Numbered from the stretch's first letter, positions 35,905 through 45,758 are shown. The stretch is DNA of 64,000 nucleotides from a virus (IMGVR_UViG_3300028920_001939), one strand, 5' to 3'. The notes: a model not told the origin generated them from the sequence alone. A program made the numbers and translations.

Positions 35905-36351
35905 ATGATGAGGGGAGATTATAATCCTAATGCTATTCAGGATGCTTCATTAACTGCTGTAGAGTATATACTCGACCCCTCAATACCAGCTTCTCAAAGA
36001 AAGTATTTTGAAAGATTTTATGTTTTATTCACAAACATAATGGCGCTTGGTAATATTCAGAGAAGGGAAATATTTGCTATTATACTTGCTTTTGATGAAA
36101 TAACACTTCTTATGGAAATGGGTTTATATGAAGAAGCTCGTCAATTAATGGGAAGGGAATTGATGAAAATGCAAGTATCACGTTCTGTTGATGGTTTCCA
36201 AACTTTGTTTGGTCAACACGGCATACAGAGAACAGAACATATAGAGAAAGTGTTAGCAAGAACCAAGAAAAGAAAGGGTATAATAAATAGAATCGCTGGT
36301 GGATTTGGTGGAAAGAAGAAACAAGAATATATAGAGGAGGAAGTATATTGA
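35905..36351 (+). CDS. Hypothetical protein
   Basis: 148-aa ORF. Confidence 0.45.
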   Translation: MMRGDYNPNAIQDASLTAVEYILDPSIPASQRKYFERFYVLFTNIMALGNIQRREIFAIILAFDEITLLMEMGLYEEARQLMGRELMKMQVSRSVDGFQTLFGQHGIQRTEHIEKVLARTKKRKGIINRIAGGFGGKKKQEYIEEEVY

Positions 36352-36926
36352 TATTTGCATTAGCTTTTATATTTTTAATAGCAGGAGTATTCTTATGTGG
36401 AATAGTAGGTTTAATGCCTATACAGATACAAATGGTAATACCCGATATGTTTAGAGTAGTGTTTTTCTTTTTAGGCGGTATCATTTCTGCAATAGGACTT
36501 ATCATTCTACGTGGAAGAGCAGAAAAAACAGGTTCTATACATCTGTTAGAATTTGGTAGACCAGGAACAGTTAATTGGTTTTATTTTTATAAAGATGATA
36601 CTATGAAGATAACACCTGCTATAAGAGATGTTGAAGCACAACTTTATTCTAAAGAGTTAGATGCTCAAATAACTGAATTGAAATCGTATAGATTATTTGA
36701 TCACTCTATAAGAATTGTGCCAGAAGGTGTTGGTCACGCTGTAGATTTAGATATGGTTTTGTATTCTAATCTGTTTAGGTCTAAATGGGGTTTTCAATCT
36801 ATACGTTCAGCTAGAAGAAATATTTTTTCAAGTATGATAAATATGTTTAGGCAACCAGAGTTAAGTGAATTGCCCAAAGAGAAAATGTTAGTATCAAAAG
36901 GTGAAGAAGATGGCGAGAATAAATAA
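36348..36926 (+). CDS. N-terminally membrane-anchored protein
   Basis: Two N-terminal TM helices. ATGA-type overlap. Confidence 0.45.
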   Translation: MIFALAFIFLIAGVFLCGIVGLMPIQIQMVIPDMFRVVFFFLGGIISAIGLIILRGRAEKTGSIHLLEFGRPGTVNWFYFYKDDTMKITPAIRDVEAQLYSKELDAQITELKSYRLFDHSIRIVPEGVGHAVDLDMVLYSNLFRSKWGFQSIRSARRNIFSSMINMFRQPELSELPKEKMLVSKGEEDGENK

Positions 36927-37416
36927 GAGAGTTAAAGATTTACAAGATGAAATAAATGAGGATTTTTATAAATCACAAGAACCTGGTTACAGTAGTAATC
37001 AGAGAGATGTGCAACAACATATGCGAACACCTCCTTCAAGGGTGTATTACTCGGACCGTGAGGAATCTCACGGTTTCGGTGATACACGAGATTCTGTTGG
37101 TATAGCAAAAGATATAGAAGATAATCCAATGCCACCTGGAATATGTGAAGTTATGATAGGTGGTCGTCCAGTTGATTTACATATGTTTGAAGATTATATG
37201 GTGTGGAGAATATCACCATATCAAATGAGAACTGTTTTAAGATATAGAACTGCAAGAATAATGGAAGAGATAAAAAATTATTCATCTTCACCTAAAGCAA
37301 AGTTTGGTTCAAATATATTCATACTTATCATTATAGCAGTTGCTTTTCTTGTAATAGGTGTATTGGTTCTTATGTATATGCCACAAATTACGCAATTCTT
37401 TAAGGGTTTCGTATGA
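36901..37416 (+). CDS. C-terminally membrane-anchored protein
   Basis: C-terminal TM IFILIIIAVAFLVIGVLVLMYM. Confidence 0.45.
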   Translation: MKKMARINKRVKDLQDEINEDFYKSQEPGYSSNQRDVQQHMRTPPSRVYYSDREESHGFGDTRDSVGIAKDIEDNPMPPGICEVMIGGRPVDLHMFEDYMVWRISPYQMRTVLRYRTARIMEEIKNYSSSPKAKFGSNIFILIIIAVAFLVIGVLVLMYMPQITQFFKGFV

Positions 37417-37557
37417 GTAAATTGATTGATTCTATACGAGAACAATTTCGAAGTGCTAAAGATCAATTAATGTTTAGTTGGGATAAAGGTGCCAATATTG
37501 GCAAACATATGAAGAAATCACATAAGAATAAGTTAAAAAAATTGAGAGGTAAGAAAG

Positions 37558-38130
37558 ATGAAAAATAGAGCTAAAGGTAGTTTTTTAATATTAATGATAG
37601 TTTTTATCATATTCTCAATGGGTTGGTTTGTATTAAATACTGTTAATAGCCAAATAGATGGGCAGAATGATTATATGAATACAACTGCTTATACTTCGAA
37701 TACAGTATTCAGTATTGTCAATGTTGTAATGGTTGTAGGTGCTATTGTAGTTTGCGTTGGTTTAGCAAGTTGGTATGTATCAACACCAGAAAGATACAAG
37801 AAAGGTAATAAGTATGTAAGAATGTTGATAGATTTTTTAGATACAACTACTTATTATTTTGCTTATGGTTTACTTGCTATTGTATGTATAGGTATCCCAA
37901 CGATACTGATATATCTTGCTTACAGATTAGCAGTATATTCAGCAGAAACAGGTGTTGGTTTAGAGATAGGGAAATGGGCAATAGTAATTATCGTACTCTA
38001 TTTCGGAATTGCTGGACTTGGTTATCTGTTTAAACGTAAGATATGGGATAAGTGGAAAAAGAGAAGATCAGAAAGCGAAGAAAAAGAATATAAAGATAAC
38101 TTTAAATATCTACCAGGGTTGTTTAAATGA
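37558..38130 (+). CDS. Multi-TM membrane protein
   Basis: 4 hydrophobic helices. Confidence 0.5.
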   Translation: MKNRAKGSFLILMIVFIIFSMGWFVLNTVNSQIDGQNDYMNTTAYTSNTVFSIVNVVMVVGAIVVCVGLASWYVSTPERYKKGNKYVRMLIDFLDTTTYYFAYGLLAIVCIGIPTILIYLAYRLAVYSAETGVGLEIGKWAIVIIVLYFGIAGLGYLFKRKIWDKWKKRRSESEEKEYKDNFKYLPGLFK

Positions 38131-38525
38131 AATCTTATGATGATTTATCAGATAAAGAACAAGAAAAACTTGCTTCATATATACAATCTATAACTTATTT
38201 TAAGTTAAGAAGTAATCAAACAAATTCAGAATATATGATGTTCTTGATATGGGTATCAATTTTAGCATCTGCGTTTTTAGTGTCTGGTTGTGTTTTGGCA
38301 TCCAATTTTCCATCAATTGCAGAAATGTTTTTAATTGTTTCTATAATAACATTCATTTCAGGGTTGGTAATTTATTCGTTACTTTGCGTATATCAATTTT
38401 ATCTTGAAGAAAGAATTAACAGGATGCTGTTTCTTATATACGGTTATACAGGTATAAAAACAGAAGTTTTCGATATCAAAAAATCTGATATTGATAGTTT
38501 GAAAAAAGTTTATAAAAAGAGGTAA
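38127..38525 (+). CDS. Membrane protein
   Basis: 2-3 TM helices. ATGA overlap. Confidence 0.45.
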   Translation: MKSYDDLSDKEQEKLASYIQSITYFKLRSNQTNSEYMMFLIWVSILASAFLVSGCVLASNFPSIAEMFLIVSIITFISGLVIYSLLCVYQFYLEERINRMLFLIYGYTGIKTEVFDIKKSDIDSLKKVYKKR

Positions 38526-38530
38526 TGTAA

Positions 38531-39067
38531 ATGTTTGATGTAGAAGCAAAAGAAGCTAATGTTTCATCTTTAGAGTTGTTATTGATGAGAAGATTAGAAA
38601 AGGCGTTTGAAGCAGTTGATGCACATCAAGGAGAAATCTTTGATGAGATTGTAGAAGAAATGGAAATGTTATTCAAGTTGAAACCAAAGATATACAAACA
38701 ACTACTTGCTTACAAAGAAGAATTAACTAAAAACATAACAATATTAGCTGAACGAGCAGGACAGTTAGCAGGCGCCGCTAGAAACGAGATACAAAGAAGG
38801 GCATTTTATGAAGGTGAAGTAGATTCGATTGAATGGGATGCAAGAAAAGATTATCTTGACCAGATTGTATCAATAATGGGAACTAACCAAATGATACCGA
38901 TGGAAACTGTAGAACCAGCAACGCTTGAAAGAGCAGAACCGATTGAAGAAGCACCAGAAGAAGAAGAAGAAACTACTGATGAACCAGAAGAAAAACCTTT
39001 AAAAAAGAAAGATAAACCAAAATTATCATTTACACCTAAAAAATCTGATAAAGAGTTTGAAGTATAA
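38531..39067 (+). CDS. Hypothetical protein with acidic C-terminal tail (scaffold-like?)
   Basis: C-terminus EEAPEEEEETTDEPEEKPLKKKDKPK. Confidence 0.45.
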   Translation: MFDVEAKEANVSSLELLLMRRLEKAFEAVDAHQGEIFDEIVEEMEMLFKLKPKIYKQLLAYKEELTKNITILAERAGQLAGAARNEIQRRAFYEGEVDSIEWDARKDYLDQIVSIMGTNQMIPMETVEPATLERAEPIEEAPEEEEETTDEPEEKPLKKKDKPKLSFTPKKSDKEFEV

Positions 39068-39942
39068 TGGTATCAAAGTTAGAGATTATTGCAGGTCAAA
39101 TTCGTGATAGAATTCATAATCATGACCCTGACCACGGTGGAGTGTTTTTAGAAGTAACAGGATCACCAGGTTCAGGAAAAACAAGTTCTATGTTATCAAT
39201 GATAAGAACTATAATGAAAGAGCATCCTGATGAGAAGATATTTTTCAGTAATACTTATTTTGCGCCTATGCAGAGTTTGAGAATAGGTATGGAGAACCAT
39301 AAGATACTTATTAAGAGAGGTGCTAAAGTTACCTTTCACGATAGGGATAAGAGATTGAAACAGATTTATCCTAAAATTACATATTTCTCTGATTTTGATG
39401 AATTGTATGATAGTGCAGAAGCAGGTAAGATAAATGCTGTTTTCTTTGGTAATAGAGCTGAATGGAGAAAATTTTTACATTACTTGCGAAGTGTTGGGGA
39501 ATGGTGCCACGTATGTTTTGATGAGTTTGGTGAAGTAGCACCTGCTCATAAAGCGGGAAAAGAGTATTGGAATATAGGTAAATTCTCTGATGATTTGAAA
39601 GAAGTAAGAAAGTGTATGATAAACGTATTTGAGAACACACAATCAGTTACAGATATTGATTTTAGGGTTAGAACGAAAATAATGGTCTTTATTTATTTAC
39701 CTGGAGCAAGAGCAAACAAGAATGGTAGAGTTACACAAGCAGCAATTGATAATTTAGATTTGAATCGTAAAAAGGGTAATGAGGCGTATCTTGAGTTTTC
39801 TGGTCGTTTCGGTAAACTACGTTTTAGAGATATATTTCCTCCAGCGAAACAACATTGGGAAGCAAGAATACCTGAAGTTTTAGAAGGAGAAGAAGATGAA
39901 CAAAAAGGAAACGAAAGCGCTTCAAGTAAGAGCGACTCTTAA
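39067..39942 (+). CDS. P-loop NTPase (candidate FtsK/HerA- or A32-like packaging ATPase; function unproven)
   Basis: Walker A VTGSPGSGKTSS at about aa 35. Walker B HVCFDEFGE at about aa 150. 291 aa with no additional recognizable domain. Confidence 0.5.
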   Translation: MVSKLEIIAGQIRDRIHNHDPDHGGVFLEVTGSPGSGKTSSMLSMIRTIMKEHPDEKIFFSNTYFAPMQSLRIGMENHKILIKRGAKVTFHDRDKRLKQIYPKITYFSDFDELYDSAEAGKINAVFFGNRAEWRKFLHYLRSVGEWCHVCFDEFGEVAPAHKAGKEYWNIGKFSDDLKEVRKCMINVFENTQSVTDIDFRVRTKIMVFIYLPGARANKNGRVTQAAIDNLDLNRKKGNEAYLEFSGRFGKLRFRDIFPPAKQHWEARIPEVLEGEEDEQKGNESASSKSDS

Positions 39943-40354
39943 AGATACACGGCGACGTCAAGATGAACTTTTTGAACTTCTTCGTAAAAAAATATATTAT
40001 AACACATCATTAAGTATTGAAGAAAGAAAGATTTTTTCTGGCTTAACTTCAGAAGCAATGCTTTCACAAGCGTATAGGCATTGTTATTATCTTGCGCCTG
40101 ATAACAAAAGAATAGATTTAGGTTCAATACGTTTTTTATGTCTTAATTTGTTAGATGTATCTGGCAAAGCTATCAATATAAAGGATCCAACAACTGATAG
40201 TAAATATAGAGTATCAATAAAAGAGATTTGGGAAATTTTGTATAATAAGTGCAAAGAAACAAGTCAAGCAGCGCTAAGAGAAGCGTTGAAGATGAGTAAA
40301 GAGTTACCTAAAAGAGAAGAACCAACTTCACTTGATTACTCCTCTGAAGATTAA
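39896..40354 (+). CDS. Hypothetical protein
   Basis: 152-aa ORF overlapping the upstream gene end. Confidence 0.4.
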   Translation: MNKKETKALQVRATLKDTRRRQDELFELLRKKIYYNTSLSIEERKIFSGLTSEAMLSQAYRHCYYLAPDNKRIDLGSIRFLCLNLLDVSGKAINIKDPTTDSKYRVSIKEIWEILYNKCKETSQAALREALKMSKELPKREEPTSLDYSSED

Positions 40355-40355
40355 A

Positions 40356-40385
40356 GTATGGATAATTACACAATCTTTATAAACT
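40356..40385 (+). promoter_or_regulatory. Conserved promoter architecture GTATGGATAATT-N-TTTATAAA (copy upstream of SPFH gene)
   Basis: GTATGG lies 20 nt upstream of a TATA-box-like TTTATAAA. The same arrangement is found at 41446, 43123 and 46553. Confidence 0.4.
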
Positions 40386-40422
40386 ATTTTTTGATTTTGT
40401 TTTTTAAAAGGTGATATAAAAA

Positions 40423-41253
40423 ATGAAAACGAAAAGTATGTTGACGCTGATGATTTTCATAGTGATGCTTGGTGTGATCGCTATAGTATTTACAACATGC
40501 ATAACAATAGTACCTGCAGGGCATGTTGGAGTACATGATTTATTCGGTAAAGTAAGTAAAGATGAATTTCAACCAGGATTGAAGTTTAAGAATCCATTTG
40601 CTCATATTGAAATGATGAGTGTAAAAACACAAGAATATACAATGACATATACAAAAGGTGAAGGAGCAATTCACGGATCAGATGTTATATCTTCTCTAAC
40701 AAAAGAGGGATTAACAGTTAATTTAGATATGACAGTTCTTTATCGTTTGAGATCAGATTACGCAAACGAAGTCTATAAAACTATTGGACCTGATTATGTT
40801 AATGTTATTGTAAGACCACAAATCAGAACAGCAATACGAGATGTAGTGGCTTTATATGAAGCAAAACAAATCTATAGTGCTGATAGACAAAAAGTTGCAC
40901 TAGAGATTTTTGATGAAATGGAACCTGTTTTATCAAAAAGAGGGATAGTATTAGAAAGTGTTTTATTGAGACATGTACAACTTCCAGCAGAATTAACTAC
41001 AGCAATTGAGGCAAAATTAACTGCTGAACAAAATATAGAAAAGAAAGCTTTTGAAGTTCAGGAAGCACAACAAGAAGCAAATAGAAAAAGAGAAGAAGCA
41101 CGAGGTATAGCCGACGCAAATATTATTATATCAAATAGTTTAACTAACAATTATTTGAGATGGTATTGGATAAACGGGTTACAAGAGCAAGATTCAATCT
41201 ATTATGTGCCTGTTGGTTCTGACGGATTACCTATAATGAAAATTATAGAGTGA
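40423..41253 (+). CDS. SPFH/band-7 (prohibitin/stomatin-like) membrane protein
   Basis: N-terminal TM then IVPAGHVGVHDLFGKV...PGLKFKNPF...TQEY, characteristic of SPFH domains. Coiled-coil, Glu/Ala-rich C-terminus. Confidence 0.65.
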   Translation: MKTKSMLTLMIFIVMLGVIAIVFTTCITIVPAGHVGVHDLFGKVSKDEFQPGLKFKNPFAHIEMMSVKTQEYTMTYTKGEGAIHGSDVISSLTKEGLTVNLDMTVLYRLRSDYANEVYKTIGPDYVNVIVRPQIRTAIRDVVALYEAKQIYSADRQKVALEIFDEMEPVLSKRGIVLESVLLRHVQLPAELTTAIEAKLTAEQNIEKKAFEVQEAQQEANRKREEARGIADANIIISNSLTNNYLRWYWINGLQEQDSIYYVPVGSDGLPIMKIIE

Positions 41254-41258
41254 TAAAC

Positions 41259-41441
41259 ATGACCGTTTTTTCAAGGGAAGAAGAAGTAAGAGCAATTTCT
41301 TCTGCTTTTCTTTCTCTTATTTTATTTATAACAACTATTATCTCTGGATTTTCAGGTTCGCCTATTTGGGTAGGTCTTTTTATAATATCAGTTGCTTTTT
41401 TAATACCTATAATAAGAATATTTTTAGAACAAACAGAATAG
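41259..41441 (+). CDS. Small 2-TM protein downstream of the SPFH gene
   Basis: Track ORF 41250 (GTG); the ATG at 41259 is likely. Two TM helices. Confidence 0.35.
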   Translation: MTVFSREEEVRAISSAFLSLILFITTIISGFSGSPIWVGLFIISVAFLIPIIRIFLEQTE

Positions 41442-41445
41442 TTTG

Positions 41446-41507
41446 ATATGGTAAATACCGAAATCTTTATAAAGCGATAAAACATTCTACCTATGGAGTG
41501 ATCTGAA
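41446..41507 (+). promoter_or_regulatory. Conserved 60-nt promoter/5'UTR element, copy 1 (upstream of MoxR/CobS-like gene)
   Basis: ATACCGAAATCTTTATAAAGCGATAAAACATTCTACCTATGGAGTGATCTGAAATG is about 85% identical to the copy at 43123-43187. Contains a BRE/TATA-like segment and a GGAGTGA SD. Confidence 0.5.
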
Positions 41508-42719
41508 ATGAACGAGCAAAATTCCCAAAAAAAGCAATTGAGTTATCAAGATGTGAAAAACATCTTAGAGAATTTTAAAGATAAGAAAGATTTTGATATT
41601 AAAGTTGATAAATTAGGTGCTATTACTGTAAAGTATAACGGTAAAAATCAAGAGTATTTTACCGAAAGAAATTACGGCATAGCACACGGCTATCAAAAGA
41701 GTGGTAGTTGGAATACTGATAAGTTACGAGATTATCAATCTTTAGAAAGAGCAATTAACAATCTTTTTGATGATAATTATCAACATAGTGTTATACCTAA
41801 AGAAATAACAGTAGAACACAAACCTGTTGATACATCTGAATACAAATCTCTTATACCTGAAAACTTTAAGTATTTTACAAGAGAGTTATGTGGCAACTTA
41901 ACTGATTATGAAGTTTTTGAGAGAGCACTTGAGCAAGGTAAGAATGTGTTACTTATCGGTCCTACAGGTTCAGGTAAAACTACTTTACCACGATATTATT
42001 GTGCACAACATAAAACACCTTACATTAGAGTATCACTAAACGGCGGTTGCACAGTAGAAGATTTAGTTGGACATTACGTTATCAAAACTGATGAACACGG
42101 TAATCAAGTAACAGAGTGGGTTGACGGACTTTTAACAATTGCTTGCCGTAAAGGGTATATAGTTGTTTTAGATGAGATAAACGCCGCTTCAAGTGAAATC
42201 TTATTCAAACTGAATTCTTTACTTGATGATGAACGTATCTTAATCCTTTCAGAAAAGGACGGCGAAATAGTAAATCCACACCCAGAGTTTCGTTTTATCG
42301 CCACTTGTAATCCAACAGAACTGGGTTATTCTGGAACAAAAGAACTTAATGAGGCATTACTTGATAGATTTCAAATGATTATGTATGTTGATTACAACGA
42401 GCAAGTTGAACGTAAAATCTTGAAACAGATACTAAAACTTGAAGATGTTGATAAAGTCCAGAATTTCGCCAAAGCTGTAAGAAGTGCTTACACTAACGCT
42501 GAGATACTTACACCACTATCTACAAGAACACTTATCAATCTCGCCGATTTAATGAATCAGGGAATGACAGATTTAATAGAAAACAGGTTCAAAGAATCAG
42601 AGAGAACGATAATATCTGACCAGATAGATATGCACATTAAAACGAAAAACAAACTAAACGAAGATAATGAGGGAGTTGGTAACGCTGATGATACCACTCC
42701 AACTACTCCCTCATCTTAA
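41508..42719 (+). CDS. MoxR-family AAA+ ATPase, CobS-like
   Basis: Walker A LLIGPTGSGKTTL. Walker B VVLDEINAA. Sensor region RFIATCNP...LLDRF, typical of AAA_5/CbbQ/CobS proteins. Confidence 0.7.
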   Translation: MNEQNSQKKQLSYQDVKNILENFKDKKDFDIKVDKLGAITVKYNGKNQEYFTERNYGIAHGYQKSGSWNTDKLRDYQSLERAINNLFDDNYQHSVIPKEITVEHKPVDTSEYKSLIPENFKYFTRELCGNLTDYEVFERALEQGKNVLLIGPTGSGKTTLPRYYCAQHKTPYIRVSLNGGCTVEDLVGHYVIKTDEHGNQVTEWVDGLLTIACRKGYIVVLDEINAASSEILFKLNSLLDDERILILSEKDGEIVNPHPEFRFIATCNPTELGYSGTKELNEALLDRFQMIMYVDYNEQVERKILKQILKLEDVDKVQNFAKAVRSAYTNAEILTPLSTRTLINLADLMNQGMTDLIENRFKESERTIISDQIDMHIKTKNKLNEDNEGVGNADDTTPTTPSS

Positions 42720-42738
42720 TCTTTTTGAGGTCGATTAA

Positions 42739-42918
42739 ATGAAAACTGTAAAAGAGATACATAAGGGCTATCAAACAAGAACAACAATATTTATAATGTT
42801 ATCTATACCTATTGCTATTGGTGGATATATTTTAAATAATAATTTTATATTGGGATATGGTATAGCATCACTTATTGTTGCATTCTCTTTATATCCTAGC
42901 CCAAAAGATTGTAGGTGA
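42739..42918 (+). CDS. Small 2-TM protein
   Basis: Not in the track (59 aa). Confidence 0.3.
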   Translation: MKTVKEIHKGYQTRTTIFIMLSIPIAIGGYILNNNFILGYGIASLIVAFSLYPSPKDCR

Positions 42919-42924
42919 AATAAG

Positions 42925-43122
42925 ATGAAAAGAAATGAGTTGTTAGATTGTTTATTTAGTTACGGTTTATCATTAGGTATTATATGTATTGCTGTTTTTG
43001 CTATACTATTATCATTGAAACTTGATAGTGTTATACCACAGTTTGCTTTTCTTGGTTTATATGGTGTTGGTAGTGCATCATTAGCTATTGGAATGTTATC
43101 AGATATTGTGTTGAGTAGATAA
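42925..43122 (+). CDS. Small 2-TM protein
   Basis: 65-aa hydrophobic ORF between the AAA+ and vWA genes. Confidence 0.35.
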   Translation: MKRNELLDCLFSYGLSLGIICIAVFAILLSLKLDSVIPQFAFLGLYGVGSASLAIGMLSDIVLSR

Positions 43123-43184
43123 GTATGGAAAACACCGAAATACTTATAAAGGGATAAATTATTCTACCTATGGAGTGAAATCGA
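43123..43184 (+). promoter_or_regulatory. Conserved 60-nt promoter/5'UTR element, copy 2 (upstream of vWA/CobT-like gene)
   Basis: GTATGGAAAACACCGAAATACTTATAAAGGGATAAATTATTCTACCTATGGAGTGAAATCGAATG. Confidence 0.5.
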
Positions 43185-45182
43185 ATGGAAATGAATAAAA
43201 CCCGGACTTTGATACGAGAGCAGAGGTTAGAAAAGTTTGCTCGTATTTTATCAAACAGATATAGTATTGAGTTGAAACTATCACCTGCTACGCATAAAGT
43301 TGGTTGTTGTGATACTACTAAAAAGATTTGGATATCATCTACGATTGATAAAGACCCAATACACAATTTACTTTTACAGAAAGCAACTGCTTTACATGAA
43401 TTAGGACATATGCTTTACACAAACAGTAAATCTTGGGAAAAGATGTGTGTTTCACCGAGATTTGCAAACATCATAGAGGACGGCAGAGTAGAAGAAGGAG
43501 TTAGCAGAATGTTTTCCAAAGCAAGATTATACTTTATCTACTTAAACAGAAAACTTAACCCAGTAGTTATTCACAAGAAAGAAGATTTAACTTTAGATAT
43601 CAATAAAATGGTATATGAGTTAGTTTTCAGAGAAGCGAAACGTAATGTTGGGATACCACAACTTCCTTTAGATATCAAATTGAAATTAAGAAGATACTTG
43701 AATGATGATTACGATTGGATACTTGAGAAAACAAGAGATTGTATAAACGCTAATACAGAAGATGAAGCAGCTAAACTTGCTTACGATTTAGAAATGAAAC
43801 TTCAATTCATAACTAAAAAAGAATGTGAAATAGGTAAATTTGATAAATCTTTAGATACTTGTGGAGCACAATCAAGACAAATGCCACAAATGACAGAAGA
43901 TGATATAGTTGATAAACTTGAAGAATTAAATAAGTTAGAACAAGAACAAATCGATAATCAAATAAAAGCAGAAGATGAGCAACAGAAATTACAAGAATCA
44001 CTAAAACAAGAACCAGAGATAAGAGAGAATATCAGTAAAACAGAATACAAACCACAAGAAGTAGAAGATGTATCAGTTGAAGAAGAAATGATTGATAATT
44101 TTTTTGGTAGAAAAACAAGTGTTGAACCAGATGATAAGAAACAAGAAGAAAAGAAAAATACTGGAAACGGCGAAACACCTGTTGATAAAGCTAAAAAACC
44201 AGATATACCTGGACAACTACCTGATATTGACGATATCACTAAACAAATAGAAGATAGTTTGAAATCGATTACTGACCAAGTTGAAGATAGAATATCAAAA
44301 GACGCTGAGAATGAATTAAGAAATGAGAATGATACTATACAATCAGGTGAAATAGATCCAGAATTTGATTCATATAATACTATTGATACTGATGATTTGA
44401 GACCAATGGGAGGTTACGGCAATTTATTACGACCTGTTGATGTTACTAAACTTGATCCTGTTGCCAGAAGAATATCAAGAAACTTTAAGATAATTGCTCA
44501 ATACGGTGACGGCTGGATACACAATCAAACTCGTGGTAGATTAGAAATGCACAAGATACACACTATCATAGATAAGAATAAAAGACCAAGAGTATTCAGA
44601 AAGAAAGATGAAGTAGAAGCAGTTGACCTTGCTGTTGTTACTTTACTGGACGCAAGTGGTTCTATGAAAACACGAAGATTCGTTGCTACTGATACTGCTT
44701 ATACAATATCAAGAGCACTTGAGTTGGGTAACTATAAATCAGAAGTTGTGCAGTTTGGTGTTAAAGCAGGTTCTACTGAAGTATTCGGTGTTAAATCATT
44801 TAATCAGAAAACACAATATGCAAGAAAGAGATTTAAACCTGTAGCAGAAGGTTATACGCCACTATTAGAGGCACTTGAGGGAGCAGATAGGTCGTTATCA
44901 AATCAAGACGCTAAACGTAAAGTGTGTTTCGTTATAACTGACGGATATCCATTTGCAGGACAAGGAAGTCAAAGTAATAAAGAATACAGAGATAAGTGTA
45001 GAAAACAAATGTTGAAAATGGAGAAACAGGGAATTACAGTAATAGGTGTTTTAATTCAAACAGATGATAGAAGAAACATGTTTCACGATAACAGAAAAAT
45101 AATATGTGAAGATGTTAATGATGTTGAGAAAAAGATGTTAGATGTATTGAAGAAAGTATTGATAAAGTTAAAGAATACTTAA
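43185..45182 (+). CDS. vWA-domain protein, CobT-like partner of the MoxR ATPase, with N-terminal HExxH motif
   Basis: C-terminal vWA MIDAS motif VVTLLDASGSMK...T...D (FVITDGYP). N-terminal ALHELGHMLY (HExxH) followed by EDGRVEEG. Central acidic, Lys-rich low-complexity linker. Confidence 0.7.
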   Translation: MEMNKTRTLIREQRLEKFARILSNRYSIELKLSPATHKVGCCDTTKKIWISSTIDKDPIHNLLLQKATALHELGHMLYTNSKSWEKMCVSPRFANIIEDGRVEEGVSRMFSKARLYFIYLNRKLNPVVIHKKEDLTLDINKMVYELVFREAKRNVGIPQLPLDIKLKLRRYLNDDYDWILEKTRDCINANTEDEAAKLAYDLEMKLQFITKKECEIGKFDKSLDTCGAQSRQMPQMTEDDIVDKLEELNKLEQEQIDNQIKAEDEQQKLQESLKQEPEIRENISKTEYKPQEVEDVSVEEEMIDNFFGRKTSVEPDDKKQEEKKNTGNGETPVDKAKKPDIPGQLPDIDDITKQIEDSLKSITDQVEDRISKDAENELRNENDTIQSGEIDPEFDSYNTIDTDDLRPMGGYGNLLRPVDVTKLDPVARRISRNFKIIAQYGDGWIHNQTRGRLEMHKIHTIIDKNKRPRVFRKKDEVEAVDLAVVTLLDASGSMKTRRFVATDTAYTISRALELGNYKSEVVQFGVKAGSTEVFGVKSFNQKTQYARKRFKPVAEGYTPLLEALEGADRSLSNQDAKRKVCFVITDGYPFAGQGSQSNKEYRDKCRKQMLKMEKQGITVIGVLIQTDDRRNMFHDNRKIICEDVNDVEKKMLDVLKKVLIKLKNT

Positions 45183-45192
45183 AGAGGTAAAA

Positions 45193-45360
45193 ATGAGCAG
45201 ATGTGATGATTGTAAAAAGAAATTCACTTGTAAAAGAAGTAAATACTACAATGGAGATAGGGAAAGTGATAGTGAAAATAAAAAACCAGCTTCTAACACG
45301 GGTTTCATTTCAATCACTCTACTATTGCTTTCCCCTCTAAAATATAAGGAGATGAAATAA
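45193..45360 (+). CDS. Small Cys-rich protein
   Basis: Not in the track (55 aa). MSRCDDCKKKFTCKRSKYY... Confidence 0.3.
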   Translation: MSRCDDCKKKFTCKRSKYYNGDRESDSENKKPASNTGFISITLLLLSPLKYKEMK

Positions 45361-45758
45361 TGGGTTTAGAAAAAAGAATTGCAGATATGTCAAAAAAGAG
45401 ATTAGAATTGTTGAAGAATCTTGTATCAGTAGGTGTGATAATATGTATTGCTTACGCTGCTATTACTTTAGCGGGATTAAGAGATCCGTTGGATTTCTTT
45501 GAAACACAAGCATTCATATACATTTGTATAACACTTTTACTGTTATCAATAGTTTGGAAATTGTTAAACGGTGCAAAGATGCATTTTCCTAATGATTTGA
45601 AAAAGAAAGATACACCGGTCAAGAAAGAATATGAACCTAAACAGAGGCAATCTTATCAGCGACCAAAGAAGTCCACTACAATTGGGTCCTGGCTTTGCCC
45701 TAAATGTGGAACCTTTGTTATAGGCGACCGATGTCCTAAATGTAAGTATAGAAGGTGA
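45360..45758 (+). CDS. Membrane protein with C-terminal zinc ribbon
   Basis: TM helices then CPKCGTFVIGDRCPKCKY. Confidence 0.5.
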   Translation: MGLEKRIADMSKKRLELLKNLVSVGVIICIAYAAITLAGLRDPLDFFETQAFIYICITLLLLSIVWKLLNGAKMHFPNDLKKKDTPVKKEYEPKQRQSYQRPKKSTTIGSWLCPKCGTFVIGDRCPKCKYRR

